Assembly (NCBI RefSeq): GCF_009914755.1
Contig: NC_060947.1
DNA length: 64,000 bases
Strand: one strand, 5' to 3'
Origin: the human T2T-CHM13v2.0 reference genome, Homo sapiens
The translations under genes and the position numbers were made by a program. This document shows, one piece after another, positions 1 through 15,752 of this stretch. How positions within the stretch are numbered: the stretch's first letter is position 1; each line of letters opens with the position of its first letter. The notes beneath the pieces are model-generated. The model did no database searches, was not told the DNA's origin, and worked only from the letters and a program-made list of their open reading frames with translations.

Positions 1-2085
<2,085 letters not shown>

Positions 2086-2169
2086 ATGATGTCCATGTTA
2101 TATAGATATTACAATGGTGCAAGATAAAAATTTGCATAATCTCTTATTTTTAAACTTTTAAGAACCTTA

Positions 2170-2487
<318 letters not shown>

Positions 2488-2671
2488 TTATTTTTTATTG
2501 TTGGTATCATTGGTTTATGCTTTCTCTTTCTATCCTTTTTACTAGTCTTACCAGGGGTTTATTATTTTATTAGCATATTAAATACCAACTTTTGTCTTTG
2601 TGGGTTATTTATACTCGTATTTTTTTAGCCCATTACTTTTTTCTTTGTCATTTTGATTTTCACTTTCACTT

Positions 2672-4397
2672 TCTTTAATTTTTAATTTCTGTGGGTAAAT
2701 AATAGGTGTATATATTTATGGGGTACACAAAATGTCTTGATACAAGCAGGTAATGTGTAATGATCACATTATGGATAATGGAGTATTCATCCTCTCAAAC
2801 ATTTATCCTTTGGTTACAAACAATTCAGTTGTAGTCTTTTAGTTATGTTAAGGTGTACAATTAAATTATTATTGACTATAGTCACACTGTTGTGTTATTG
2901 AATACTAGATCTTCTTCATTCTTTTTAATGATTACTTTATCCATTTACCATCTCAACCTTTCCCCCAACACACCACTGCCCTTCCCAGCCTCTGGTAACC
3001 ATCCTTCTTGTACCATCTGTGTCCATGAGTTCAATTGTTTTGATTTTTAGATCCCACAAATAAGGGAGAACATCTGATGTTTGTCTTTCTGTACCTGGCT
3101 TATTAAACTTAATATAACGATCTCCAGTTCCATCCATGATGTTGCAAATGAAAGGATCTCATTCTCTTTAATGGCTGAGCAATACTCTGTTGTATATATG
3201 TACCACATTTTTTTATCCATTCATATGTTGATGGACACTTAGGTTGCTTCCAAATCTTAGCTATTGTGAGCAGCACTTCAGCAAACATGGGAATGCAGGG
3301 ATATGTTTGATATACCAATTTCTTTTCTTGTGGGTTCAATCTCAGCAGTGGGATTGCCAGATCATATGCTGGCTCTGTTTTTTGTTTTTGGAACCTCCAA
3401 ACTGTTCTTATAATGTTTGCACTAACATTCTGACCAGTAGTGTACAGGGTTCCCTTTTCTCCACATCCTCGCCAGCATTTGTTATTGCCCATCTTTTGGA
3501 TATAAGTCATTTTAACCGGGGTAAGATGATACCTCATAGTAGTTTTGATTCGCATTTCTCTGTTGATCAGTGATGTCGACTACCTTTTCATAAACCTGGA
3601 AGCCATCTGTATGTCTTTTTCTTGAGAAATACTTAATCATATTGTTGTCCATTTTAAAATTAGATTATTTGATATTTTCCTATGGAATTGTTTGTTGGAG
3701 CTCCATATAAGGAGCTCAGGTTATTAATCAGTTGTCAGATAGGTACTTTGCAAATATTTTCTCCCATTCTTTGGGTTGTCTCTTCACTTTGTTGATTGTT
3801 TCCTTTGCTTCACAGAAGCTTTTTAACTTGATGTGATCCCATTAGTCCATTTTTGCTTTGGTTGCCTGTGCTTGTGGGGTATTACTCAAGAAATCTTTGC
3901 CTAGGCCAATGTTCTGGAGATTTTCTCCATTGTATTATTGTAGTAGTTTCATAGTTTGTAGTTTCTTGTTTAAATTATGTCTTTAATCCATTTTGATTTG
4001 AGTTTTGTATAGGGTGACATATACAGATCTAGTTTTATTCTTCCTCATATGGATATCCAGTTTTCCAAGCACCATTTATTGAAGAGACTGTCTTTTCCCC
4101 AGTGTATGTTCTTGGCACCTTTGTCAAAAATGAGTTCATTGTAGGTGTGTGGATTTGTTTCGGAGTTCTCTATTGTATTACGTTGGTCTGTGTGTCTGCT
4201 TTTATGCTAGTAGCATGCTGCTCTGGTTACTATAGCTCTGGAGAATATTTTGAGGTCAGGTAATGTGATTCCTCCAGTTTTGTTCTTTTTTGTTTAGGAT
4301 AGCTTTGGCTATTCTGGGTCTGTTGTGATTCCATATAAATTTTAGAATTTTTTTTTCTATTTCTGTGAAGAATGTCATAGGTATTTGGATAGGGATT
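2672..4397 (-). mobile_element. L1MA-type LINE-1, 5'-truncated 3' end
   Basis: T-rich tail then gtgtatatatttatggggtac. Minus ORF 3109-3555 ([11 protein letters not shown]...[14 protein letters not shown]) is ORF2 C-terminal. Confidence 0.9.
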
Positions 4398-4479
4398 ATT
4401 TATTCCTTTCCAATTCTTAAGACTTCTGTTTCATTTTTTCTTTTTGATTGCTCAGAGATCTCCAGGATAAAATTGACTA

Positions 4480-5330
4480 CTTGCAGTGCTAACAGGCATT
4501 TACTTACTACAGACTCATGCACTATTGTTGTCATGTATTTTTTATTTGCTTTCTCTCTCCATTCCAATGAAGATCTGATTATTACTTTATACTGCCAATA
4601 TTTATTTATATTTACCCATTTCCTTTTCCTGTGTTCTTCTTTTCTTCTTGCATTTTTGAATCTTCCATTTGCTTCATTTTACTTCTGCCCTAAAATCCAC
4701 CTTGAGTATTTCTTTAGAAGGGGATCTGTTTGTGATGAATTGTGTTTTATTTGTTTGAAAATGTTTTTATTTTATCTTTATTTTTAAATAAAATTTTACT
4801 GTAAAGAGAAATATAAATTGGCCATTATTCCTTTCAGACCTTGATTATATCATCTCATTGTTTTCTGGTGTTCCTTAATTTTTGGGGAAGTCAGATATTT
4901 GTTCTTGTTTTAAACTTATTTTTAAGTCTTAGTTTTACTTTTTGAAGCTAATATGATATTTTCACACTGGACACTTTATATTTTCTTTTGTCTTTGATTT
5001 TCAGCAGTTTCATTAGAATATTTTTAGATGTGATTCTCTTTGAATTGATCCTGCTAGATGTTCATGTTACTTCTTTAATCTATACCTTGATGCCTTTCAT
5101 CAGATTAGGAAAATTCTTAGGAATTATTTCTTCAAATATTGGTTCTGTCCTAATCCCTCTTACCTCTCTTTGAAGTACCAAATCTTAGGCTAACCTCTTT
5201 TCTGGATCTTAGCCTTACAGGTGCTCACTGCCTTGGTAGCTGTTCAATGCCTTTAAAGGGAGACTTTTTTGTAAAATATTTTAGTTATATAATCTATCTT
5301 TTCTCAGAGGGAGAATTGGTTGGAATCAAC
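4480..5330 (-). mobile_element. Highly decayed old L1 (L1M) fragments
   Basis: T-rich L1-like phrases such as ggaaaattcttaggaattatttcttcaaatatt; boundaries uncertain. Confidence 0.5.
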
Positions 5331-5681
5331 CTATTTTGTCATTGCTATAACTCAAAATCTATGAAATACAACTTAGTACAATCCAAATGAATGAAGTTAT
5401 TCAAGCAAAATCCTAAAAACAGTATCAATTAGCTTGTTAATCTTTCATCTGTTAAAATTCTTAATATCATTTTACATTTCATTTTATATATTAATTTATG
5501 TATATTATAGTATAAAACCTGTAGTGTTAATATAATCTTTTATTGTTTCACTAGACCATGTATCACTCTCTCAGAAGAGTACACTTGTGCTATCCTAATT
5601 TCCCCCTAGGGTTTTCTCAGACAAGTGTTGTAATTCAAGACTGGGAACTAATGGAAAAAACATCTCTTATCACTTCACTCA

Positions 5682-5990
<309 letters not shown>

Positions 5991-8900
5991 ATCATCGCAT
6001 TCTTTAATAGAGTCATTTGGTTTTGTTTCTAAGCTAGCCAAAGAGTATCAGCAAATTACCTGGCTATGAAATCACAACTTATCATATAGTTTTCACAATG
6101 TGATATCAAATAGAAGTGATTTTTTTCAGAGATCTCTTGACTACTATTGGAGTGATAAAATTGACATGGATTTTTATCATGTCCTTATTCCAAGTGTATT
6201 GTTCATTTCTCATCTTTAGAGTGATATGTACCTTTCACTTACAAAAGGCATATATGGGTTTATATAACAATGAAATTAAACCATTAAGGACTGGGTTGCT
6301 AAAAGCCTAGATAGAAAGAGAGAGGGCATAGGATTCGTGGCCACAATTTAGTAGCTGGTTATATATTCTTATTCCCAGACTCTGAACTTACAGCTGAAAC
6401 ATAGACAATGTTGAACTCAAATGTTAGTAAACCCATGCCAACATTAGTAGAAGTGATGGGCATCAGAAGCCATGGTTTCTTCTTCTCTGCTGTGTGTATC
6501 AGGAAGCAAAGGACATGGCAACATATTTTATTAGTAAAGGACAGGTAGGGAAGATCATGGCAGATTCTACTGTGAAAGGCAAGATTCTTGTATGTACACA
6601 TACAGTAATTTCCTAATGAATTCTGTCTTCAAAATTCAGTATATTTCGATTTTTTCCCCAAAACACACTTATGGCAGACAGTAATCAGAATATCAGATGA
6701 GAAATCAAGCCTCAAATTGTCATTCTCTCTCTATTACTGATGTTATCTATTCAAGGATTTTTGTGGCCAAAAAAAGTAAAAAATTATGCTGGCAGTGAAT
6801 TAAACTCAGTAGCTGCTTTATGGCCTTCTCATTAATCTTGGCAAGTTGAAAACCCAGAAAGGATTTCTGTCAACACAAAGAATAATTATCAGTGCTGCTT
6901 TTCTTAACCTAGGTAATGGTAATAATTGGAAGCTGAATTCTTTCCTTCTTTCATTTATTATTAATTCATTAACTCACTTGACAATCATGTACTGAGCACT
7001 TTTAGTGATCTAGAGACTATCTAGTTCCCTAGAACTTCCACGTACTTGGCACTCCAATCCTGTGTCAAAAAGTCCTCAATGCCTCTGTTGTTCACTAGTA
7101 ATGCCTCTGTTTAATAGCTTTAAACAGACAACTTAAAAAAAAAGTATCTGTTGTTTTAGTCCATCGTTTCTAGTTGTTCTTAGCAGGAGGTTGATTCTGA
7201 CCTATAATAAACTATAGGAAATACTCAATTTTCAGGGTAGTGCAAGACCATAAAAATGACTGTGCAATTTGAAATAATGCAATATGATTTTAATAACCAA
7301 TGGGAAAATTGTGATTATTTTATGACCGTTGAAAATTCTTATCAAAATATTAAAACCGTCTTCATTTATAAATGTGGAGGGATAAAAATAGTCAAACAAA
7401 TGTTTATTTAGTACCATGTAAATTAAAATGTTAGGGACATTGAGAATTAAAGTGTTTTATTTCTTTGTGAACAACTTATCCAGAACAGTTTGAACAGTGC
7501 TAGCTTTCTCCTTGTAAAACTTATGAAATATAGCAGGAGTCTTTTCCCTGCCATGGTGAATTGCCATACTATTTTTTCTCAGATTGGATCAACTTCTAAC
7601 ATTTTATCCTTTGTTCGTTAAATGTTATGAAATATCTCCAAGGGTTCCTTTAATGTGAATATTTTTGCTGGCATCACTTCCTCTGGGACAGCATCATTCT
7701 TTTTGTCATGACTACTTCTATCAATTATTCCATTAAGTTCACCTTTACCAAGTTTCTCTGGCTATATACCTAGATTCCCTCAAATGGTAGTGGTATTATC
7801 ATTCCCATGGTCAACTCTTTCTTCCATAAATCCATATACATTCTATTTGAATTTCACTTCCAGCATTATTACTCTTTACTTCTTTGTTTCACTTACATTT
7901 TGTTGCCCAATTCCCTCTTTGGATTACCAATTTGTGTAAAATGTCACATAGGTTTATCATGGGGGAAACAAGGAGGCAACACAACTATGCACTTTGCTGT
8001 CTGTGTGAGTACTGAATGCCCAGTAATCAATCACTGACAGACTTTGAAAGAAGAGATGTGAGTTGTTACCTGTCATGAGACACACTGTTATTTATGTTAT
8101 CTGTTATTCAGATCTGTAGACTGAAGAGCTGGCAAAAAAGTTTATACTTTAAGCAATTTCTCACAGTTAATATATTATGACAAATGAAATTTGAATGGTG
8201 TTGTCTGGGACTGGTGTTATTTAGCTAAATTGTGGTAACTGAAATGTATGTATATCAGGACCATGTGAAGGAAGGACTGTATATATAAGCATATTCCACT
8301 TAATGAAAACATCTTACCATAGGTAAGACTTGTTTTAGTGAAGTCACCACGAAAATGCACTTTTCTCAGGATTCTGACCAAGTACGTCACCAGACAAAGA
8401 CAAATTCAGTAGCTTCATTTTAGTGGCTTGCTAGCATCTCAGTATTTTTGGATCCTCTGCATAATGAGAGATTCCTTTATTCAGCAAACATTTAATGAAG
8501 CACTGGGTTTAGAGTACAGTATTGGACAAATAGAATATTAAAAATATCAGAAACTTCACAGATCACGAATGTGAAATTATTCGTAAATGTTAATGGAACC
8601 AAGAGATTTCACTTGACTAATGGTAGAACAGGTCTAAACGGGGAGATAGCCAGATGGAAGATGATGAATAAAATGATCCCAGACTTTTGCAGTTGTCTGT
8701 AACTGCAATGAAGGAGAGAATGGTGTTGCTGGATGCCAGCTATGGTGCCACTATAAAGATGAGCCAACTGAACTGCCAAAGTTTTATAGTTTTCATCTGG
8801 TTAATTCCTTACTTATAATCATCATATTACTTTCAATATTTTTTGCTTAGGTAGTGTTGTAGGAATTTCATTTATTATATGAAAGTCAAACAAAATATAC

Positions 8901-9439
8901 CCCATCATATGATATTGTGAAATTAACTATGTGGCATGGAATAAATAATGTTTAATAACTCAAAATGTTGTTATCACTGCAGACTCATTGAATGACAGCA
9001 GAAAGCCATTTAAATTTTTTTGTGTTTCAGTTTCCAAGACGTTTAAGAGTGATAATAAGAGCTTACCCACATCGTGAAGATGTGGAATTTATAAAGGCGT
9101 GGTTCTAAAGTATTTTGAAAATTTTGAATAAAAAGTGTTAAACTTATTTTAAATCTATTTGCTAAGTTATTACCCGAATCAAACCATTGTAGTAGTAGAT
9201 ACTTCCTAAATTTAATTATTGTTTTTAATGTTATGTGCGTGCTCAGATAAATTTTATTTAGTTATCAATGCCAAATTAAGTGTTTCATAAGGAGTAGTAG
9301 TATGAGTAATATGACTCCTAATATTGAGGCAATTTACTTATACTTTTAAGTGCTTTGTAAAAGGATATATTAGATTGAACCACATAACAGTGCAATGTTT
9401 GTAGGTCAAAAATGTTCAAGTATTGGGAATTTCATATAG

Positions 9440-9845
9440 TTTAACCTAAATAAAAAGTCAAGGATGAATTTGATTTCTACCGTGTATCCTAGCTAAGGCT
9501 TTTAATCTCTAAGTCCCAGTTTCTCAACTATAAATTGGGTGTGATGCCGTCTGCCCTTCCAAAAAAAAAATAATAAGTATTTTTTTCTCTCGTCTTATCC
9601 TTCTATTTATGTCTGTCTCCTACCAGCCTATCTATACATCATGATAGATCTTTTATATATTGTCTGTGTGAAATTGACCAAGTTACTTAACATCTCAACC
9701 TCAATTTTCAACTATAAATTTGAAATGATAATAATAGTAAATACTACATTGAACTGCTATTCACATTAAGGAGGCAAACATGTTAAGTATTTAAAATAGA
9801 ACTTGGTACATAGTACATGTTTAAAAAATATAAAGTATTATTTTT
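9440..9845 (+). mobile_element. MIR fragments (two partial cores)
   Basis: MIR core-like phrases taatctctaagtcccagtttctcaactataaattggg and aagttacttaacatctcaacctcaattttcaactataaatttgaaatgataataatag. Confidence 0.55.
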
Positions 9846-9895
9846 ATAACATTAGCACAGAAATTAAGCATTATTCCTCATGTTTAATGTTATAT

Positions 9896-10066
9896 TTTTA
9901 TCTAGTCAGAAAACTGTCTGTTTTGGGGCAAGATCCTTCTATGATTACTAACGTATTCTGATGAATAAAAAACTGACTAGATAAAAGTTATCTAGTCAGA
10001 AAACTTTCTGTTGTGAGGCAAGATCTTGCTGTGATTACTAAAGTATTCTAATGAATATAAAAACTG
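9896..10066. repeat. Two ~79 bp direct repeats (9898-9975, 9988-10066) joined by a perfect 12 bp hairpin
   Basis: By-eye alignment gives about 8 substitutions and 1 indel. The junction ctgactagataa-aag-ttatctagtcag (9973-9999) is a perfect inverted repeat. Confidence 0.93.
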
Positions 10067-11004
10067 TATCGTCATTCCATTGTACATAACTAGGCAGTTT
10101 AAATGCTTAATTGAATTAATTTTTCATTTATTGATTACATTTGCTTCCAAATCATTCGTAGTATAATGTGTTCATCTAGTGCTAAGAAATTACTTCAGAA
10201 TACTGCAGAGCCTGAGGGTCTGTCTTATAACCATCTGTTATAATAGCATTATGGGTGTGTAGATGATTCAATTAATGGAGAATGTTAGTTAATAGAGTAT
10301 TCGATAAAATAGATTGTATTGTGTTGTCTAATTGATTCATCTTTATTTAAAAAGAATTTCTTTTTTTTTTCATTATTGGCAGGCATAGTTTTCTTTTTCT
10401 GGTTTAATCTGTTCTCCATAAGTGATTGTCTAAATTGAATAACTCAAATTGGAAGGTACTGCTGTAATGCCTTTTCTACAAATATCTGTGATACCAATTG
10501 GAAGAGCACTGGTATCCATGTTGATCTTGTCCTCTTTGAAAAGCAATTGTGCCAAAACTGCTTTGTTTGCCTCCATTTGACCACACTTGAATCCATCTGG
10601 CTTCTGACTCTTGGCTCCATCTCTGCTACCAGTGACTCTGCTACTCTCTTTGGACTGGATGCTTCTTTCTAGCCAACGTGGCTTTAACTCTTGGATTTAT
10701 CTCAAGGACTTTGGCTTGTATTTGGACAAGGATGCTCTTCAGGGGGCCCTGAATATAATGATTTCCTCACAATCTGTTTCTTTGGCCAATTAAGGCCGGA
10801 CTAGCAACAGACTGGGCTTGACTGGCCAGAAGATTCACCTAATGCAAAAGAGCATTGAAAGATGGGGGCTTTCATCAAGGCTGTATCAGAACCTTTAAAC
10901 TTATTCAGAATTAGTTATTTCAACAGCCTTCTATTACTCTTGGGGGAAAACAGAGTTTGTGAGTCAAAATAAATGATTGAAGGTTTCAAAGAAACATCAT
11001 TCAA

Positions 11005-12290
11005 TAGGACCCTTGTCTTACACCATATACAAAAATCAACTCCAGATGGATTAAAGACTTAAATATAAGACCTGGAACTATAAAAAATACTAGAAGAAAA
11101 CATAGGAGAAAAGCTCCATGACATTGATCTGGGTTGAATTTGACTTCAAAGTGTATGGGATTATATCAAACTAAAAACTTTTTACATAGTAAAGAAAACA
11201 TTAACAGAGTGAAGAGGTAACATATAGATTGGGGAAAAATGTTTGTAAACCTATATGTAATAAGGGGTTAATATTCAAAATATATAAGGAACTCAATGGC
11301 AAAGTAATAAATAACCCAGTTTAAAAATGGGTAAAGGACCTGAATAGAAATTTCTCAAAAGAAGACATAAAAATGGCCAACAGGTATATAAGAAATACTC
11401 AACATTGGTAATCATTAGGGAAATGCAAATTGAAATCAAAATTATATATCATCTCACACCTGTCAGACTGGCTATAATAAAAAAAGACGAAAGATAATAA
11501 ACGTTGGTGAGAACATAGGGAAAAAGAAACCCTTGTGCACTGTTGGTAGGAATGTAAATTAGGACAGCCATTGTGGAAATATGTATGGAGGTTCTTTGAA
11601 AGACTAAAAATAGAATTACCATATGATCCAGAAATCCCACTCCTGGGTATATACCCAAAAGATTTGAAATCAGAATGTCAGAGATGTCTCCACTCCCATG
11701 TTTATTGCAGCGCTATTCACAATAGCCAAGTTATGGAATCAGCCTAAGTGACCATCCACAGATTAATGGATAAAGAAAATGTGGTATATATACAAAATGG
11801 AATACCATTAATCCTTATATAATAAGGAAATTCTGTCATTGGCAGCAACATGGATGGAATTGGCGAACATTTTGCTAAGTAAAATAAGCCAGGCACAGAA
11901 AGACAAATACATGTTTTCAATTATATCTGTAATCTAAAACAATTAAACTCATAGAAACAGAGAGTGGAATGGGGGTTATAGAGCCTGGGGTAGGGGAAGT
12001 GAGGAAATAATGGTCTAAGGGTACAAAGTCTAAGTTTGACAGGAGGAATAAGGTTTTTTTGTTGAGATCTATTGTACAGTGTGGTGAATATAGTTAATGA
12101 TAGTGTATTGTACATTTCAAGATCGCTAAGAAAGTAAATTTCAAAGTTCTCACCACAAAAATAAATATTTGAGGTGATGGATATATGAATTAGCTTAATT
12201 ATTCCACATTGCATTTATACACCATAACATTACTTTGTACCTAGTAATATATACAATTATAAATTGACAGTTTACAATAACAATTTTTAA
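11005..12290 (+). mobile_element. L1MA-type LINE-1 3' end (5'-truncated)
   Basis: ORF2 3' sequence (ttacaccatatacaaaaatcaactcc..., atatcatctcacacc) followed by an L1MA-style 3' UTR (ttctcaccacaaaaataaatatttgaggtgatgg). Confidence 0.9.
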
Positions 12291-12508
12291 AGAGGGGTCA
12301 TTGGACCCAGATAGTTAAAAAAAGGAAACAAGTATAGAGTTCTACTTAAAACACTAGAGATACATGTCTGTCTGTTTCTCTGTAGTGCTACTGAATACCA
12401 TATCAGAAAATATAGCCATATGTTTCTCCCTCTGCTGTAAAATGCCTGGCACAATGACATTGTCTATCAACCTTCATAAATACTGTTGGTCTTCGGTATA
12501 TATAAATA

Positions 12509-12841
12509 CTGTTGGTCTTCAGTATCTATGGGTTCTGCATCCATGGATTCAACCAATAGGGGATTGAAAATATTCTGAAAATAAAAACAATAAAGTAGCA
12601 ATACAACAATGAAAGTAATACACATTTTAAAACCAATACAGCATAACAACTATTTACATAGCTTTTACATCGTATTAGGTATTGTAGGTAATCTAGAGAT
12701 GATTTAACATACATAAAAGGATGTACACAGGTTATATGCAAGCCCTCTGCCATTTTATTATATAAAGGACTTGAGCACCCATGGACTTTGGTATCCACCG
12801 GGTTGTAGAACCAATCCCCCATGGATACCGAAGGACAACTG
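12509..12841 (-). mobile_element. MER2-like Tigger (TcMar) non-autonomous DNA transposon
   Basis: Terminal inverted repeats ctgttggtcttcagtatc...gataccgaaggacaactg, TA at the left flank, ~333 bp, internal ggattcaacc and ggacttgagca motifs. Confidence 0.88.
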
Positions 12842-13399
12842 TGTTAGAGAAGATTTCCCATTTCTGCTACTCAGAAGAAAATACAAGCAACACAAATCTC
12901 AACGAGACAGATTAGAGAGCTTTCATGATATTTGAGGTCAATTTTCCAACAAGCATTCTTTGCAGGTATGATTAAATTCTGTGTGGTTTTCAAGTATCAA
13001 CTTAGAAGTGAAGTTTCTCTTTTTTTTTATATGTCTGACATAAAACACTGATGGTTTCCAATAATACAATAAAAATTGTTGACATTTTCAGTTTTCAATT
13101 AGCAATATTGTTTTAAGCCCTTACTTTGAAGTAAAACTTCACACATTTATGACATTTATAAATGAAAGCATTTGGCTGACTGATTTTAATGGTTGAATCA
13201 TGAGAGATGCAAATTTCAGAAAAGTGAAAACTGCTATTTGTTTTTCTATTATGTAGTCTTGTTAGTATTTCAGTATAGCCATTTGTTTTAAACATGTCAA
13301 CTTTCTTTAATTGTTCCATTTAGCAATCACTACTTGCTATATCCTATTTAAGTGATCTTGGAACATGTGTAGGCTAAAGGCAAGGTTAGTGTTCTGAAT

Positions 13400-14200
13400 A
13401 TGGGAACAAGATTTGAATATTTTTTAAGGTCAAATAAAGTTTGATATGTGACTGACCTGAAGCTGGGGGGAGGTCATATTCACAAAGAATTCCAACCAAG
13501 TACAAGGCCCAAGCAGATCAGTACTGCTGCATGGCAGATGTTAAAGCACTTCAGAGATGGTAGAAGCCCAGGAAGATACATTTAATGAGGAAGTCCAGTA
13601 GTGTGTTCTGGGGAGCCAGACTGTAGAAAACTGGGATGTAGGCAAAGATGGTGAGGTTAGAAGACAGGCTACAAGAACAGTGGTAAGATGTAATAAAATG
13701 TGTTTAGAGAACGGTGAAGGAAATCCAGTTACCAAGGATTCAGAGGAAACAAAGGGCCAAGGCAAGTTTGATGTTGTTTTCCTGAACTGACTAATAATGT
13801 TGCCCCTGGACAAAAATTAGTCCTAGATAATGGGGTAATAAGGATGGACCTAAATGTGAGGAAGAAAAATGTTAACTTTACTGTGTTAACATTTTATAAT
13901 GAAGGAAGTAAAACAGACTGTTGTAACATAAACCTCCTCTAGGATGCTGGCGGTGAAGGAGGAAATTCAAAGGTGAATTCAAGATGCCTCTTGAGGGAAG
14001 AATTGATTGAATTTGCAGATTAGTTGGAGGTGGAGAAAATGTCTGTGAGCTTTTTAAACTCAGTGCACCTGGGACCAGCTCACAGAAATAAAACATATAA
14101 ACCAATCAGAGATACTCTTTGGGGTGAGGAGGAGGATCAGCTTTGTGTTAAGCATGCTGAGTTAAATGTGGTTGTGGAAACAGTTATGAACACAAGTGAG
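13400..14200 (-). mobile_element. Decayed L2 fragment(s)
   Basis: Purine-rich L2-antisense-like text (e.g. gaggaggatcagctttgtgttaagcatgctgagttaaatgtg); weak recognition. Confidence 0.4.
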
Positions 14201-14699
14201 CCATGTGAGGAAAAATATCACGTCTCACCACTATGAATATTCTTTTATTCTTTATGTCACCATTTATGTGACACCATTTATTCTTTATGTCACCATTTGC
14301 TGGCATCAATAATGTTTCTACCACTTGCAGTTCTGAGTACACTATTGAGATAACAGAGAAGGCAAAACATTTAAATTTATAAAGAACATTTGGCCATTAT
14401 TCTTATGACTCACTAATTTGAAATTAAAAATAAATGACACTAAAGTATACATTATTTTAGCCAAAGGGTCAAATTCATTAAAAATATAAAATATTGAGTC
14501 TGTAGGCAACTCCAGGGGGATGTCATTTATATCACAGCATATATGAGAAAACATCCTAGAATTGTACATTGCACAAGAAGCTGTCTGAGTAGCTATTCTC
14601 ACTGATATCAGATAAGGTGTTCATAAGTACGTTTTAAAATAAAATAACAGTTATGATTTGAAAGTAAACAAATAAGAAGTAAAATGAAACAAAATATCC

Positions 14700-15750
14700 T
14701 ATTCCTATCACAAATTTTAAGCCTAAGAACAAAGTTAACCCAAAATGCAGAAGAACTATATGAAGAAAATCACAAGACTTCTTAGCAGAAGAATAGGCTA
14801 AATGAAGTCAAATATTATTTTCCTGGATGGATGTTTCAGTACTGTAAAGATGGTCAGTTTATCTCAAGTCAATCTATGCATTTAACACAGTTATCACAAA
14901 AATCCCAATGGTGTATTTCTTTTCCTGCACCTGAGAATAAGGATTCTATAGTTTATTTGAAAAACTAAACATATGAGAATAGCACAGACAGATTTTAGAA
15001 AAAAAAATGTATTGAGTATTATGTAACATTTTGGTAGTACTTAGTCTTACAGATATGATAATGTATTAGAAAATTACAGTAGCCAAAATAAATATTGGTG
15101 TACAGATTGATAGATAAATGACTTGAGAAAAATTGAAAGTATAGAAAAAGATGTAATTTTACACATAAGTGTATCATACTATAATGTTGGCATTTCAAAT
15201 CAGCATTAAAATATTAGATTAGATTATACATTAAATGCTGTAGAAAACAGGTCAAGTATGTAAGATGAATAATAAACTTAGATGGCCATATAATACCTCA
15301 AATAATATAATTTTGACATGAGGGAGGGATTTCATAAGGGAAGAGCATGACAGTAAACAATCCATAAAAATTATAAACTTGAGTACCTAAGTATTAATAA
15401 TGTCTAACTAGTTAAAAACATATAAAATCTACTGAAAAATATAGCATCATGCAACAGGCGGAAGGGCTTATCCCATAATAAAAGTTCTTACAATTGATAA
15501 GAAAAAAATGGATCCTCGTAGCGAAAGATGCTAAAGATATGAAGATGTAATCTATCAAATACAAAATACAAAGACAAAATGCGAAGTTCTAAAGTCTCAA
15601 ATCATTCTGGTAATAAAAGAATTTGAAATTTGTAAATATATCAATATAACCTTAATATTGAAACATTACAAAGACATAACAAGAAAGAAATATTACAGTC
15701 CAATCTCTCACATAAAAAAGATGCACAAATTCTAAATCAAAATGTTAACA
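14700..15750 (+). mobile_element. Decayed old L1 (L1M) ORF2 fragments
   Basis: Phrases such as agaactatatgaagaaaatcacaagac and ctgtaaagatggtcagtttatctcaagtcaatctatgcatttaacac. Confidence 0.65.
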
Positions 15751-15752
15751 TA

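Noticed and set aside
6379-6544. Possible + strand exon (ttattcccag|...cag|gtaggg)
   Set aside because: Stops in all three frames, only a moderate donor and no other support.
8475-8505. tcagcaaacatttaatg resembling a miRNA mature sequence
   Set aside because: It is a common L2 3'-end phrase and has no hairpin partner.
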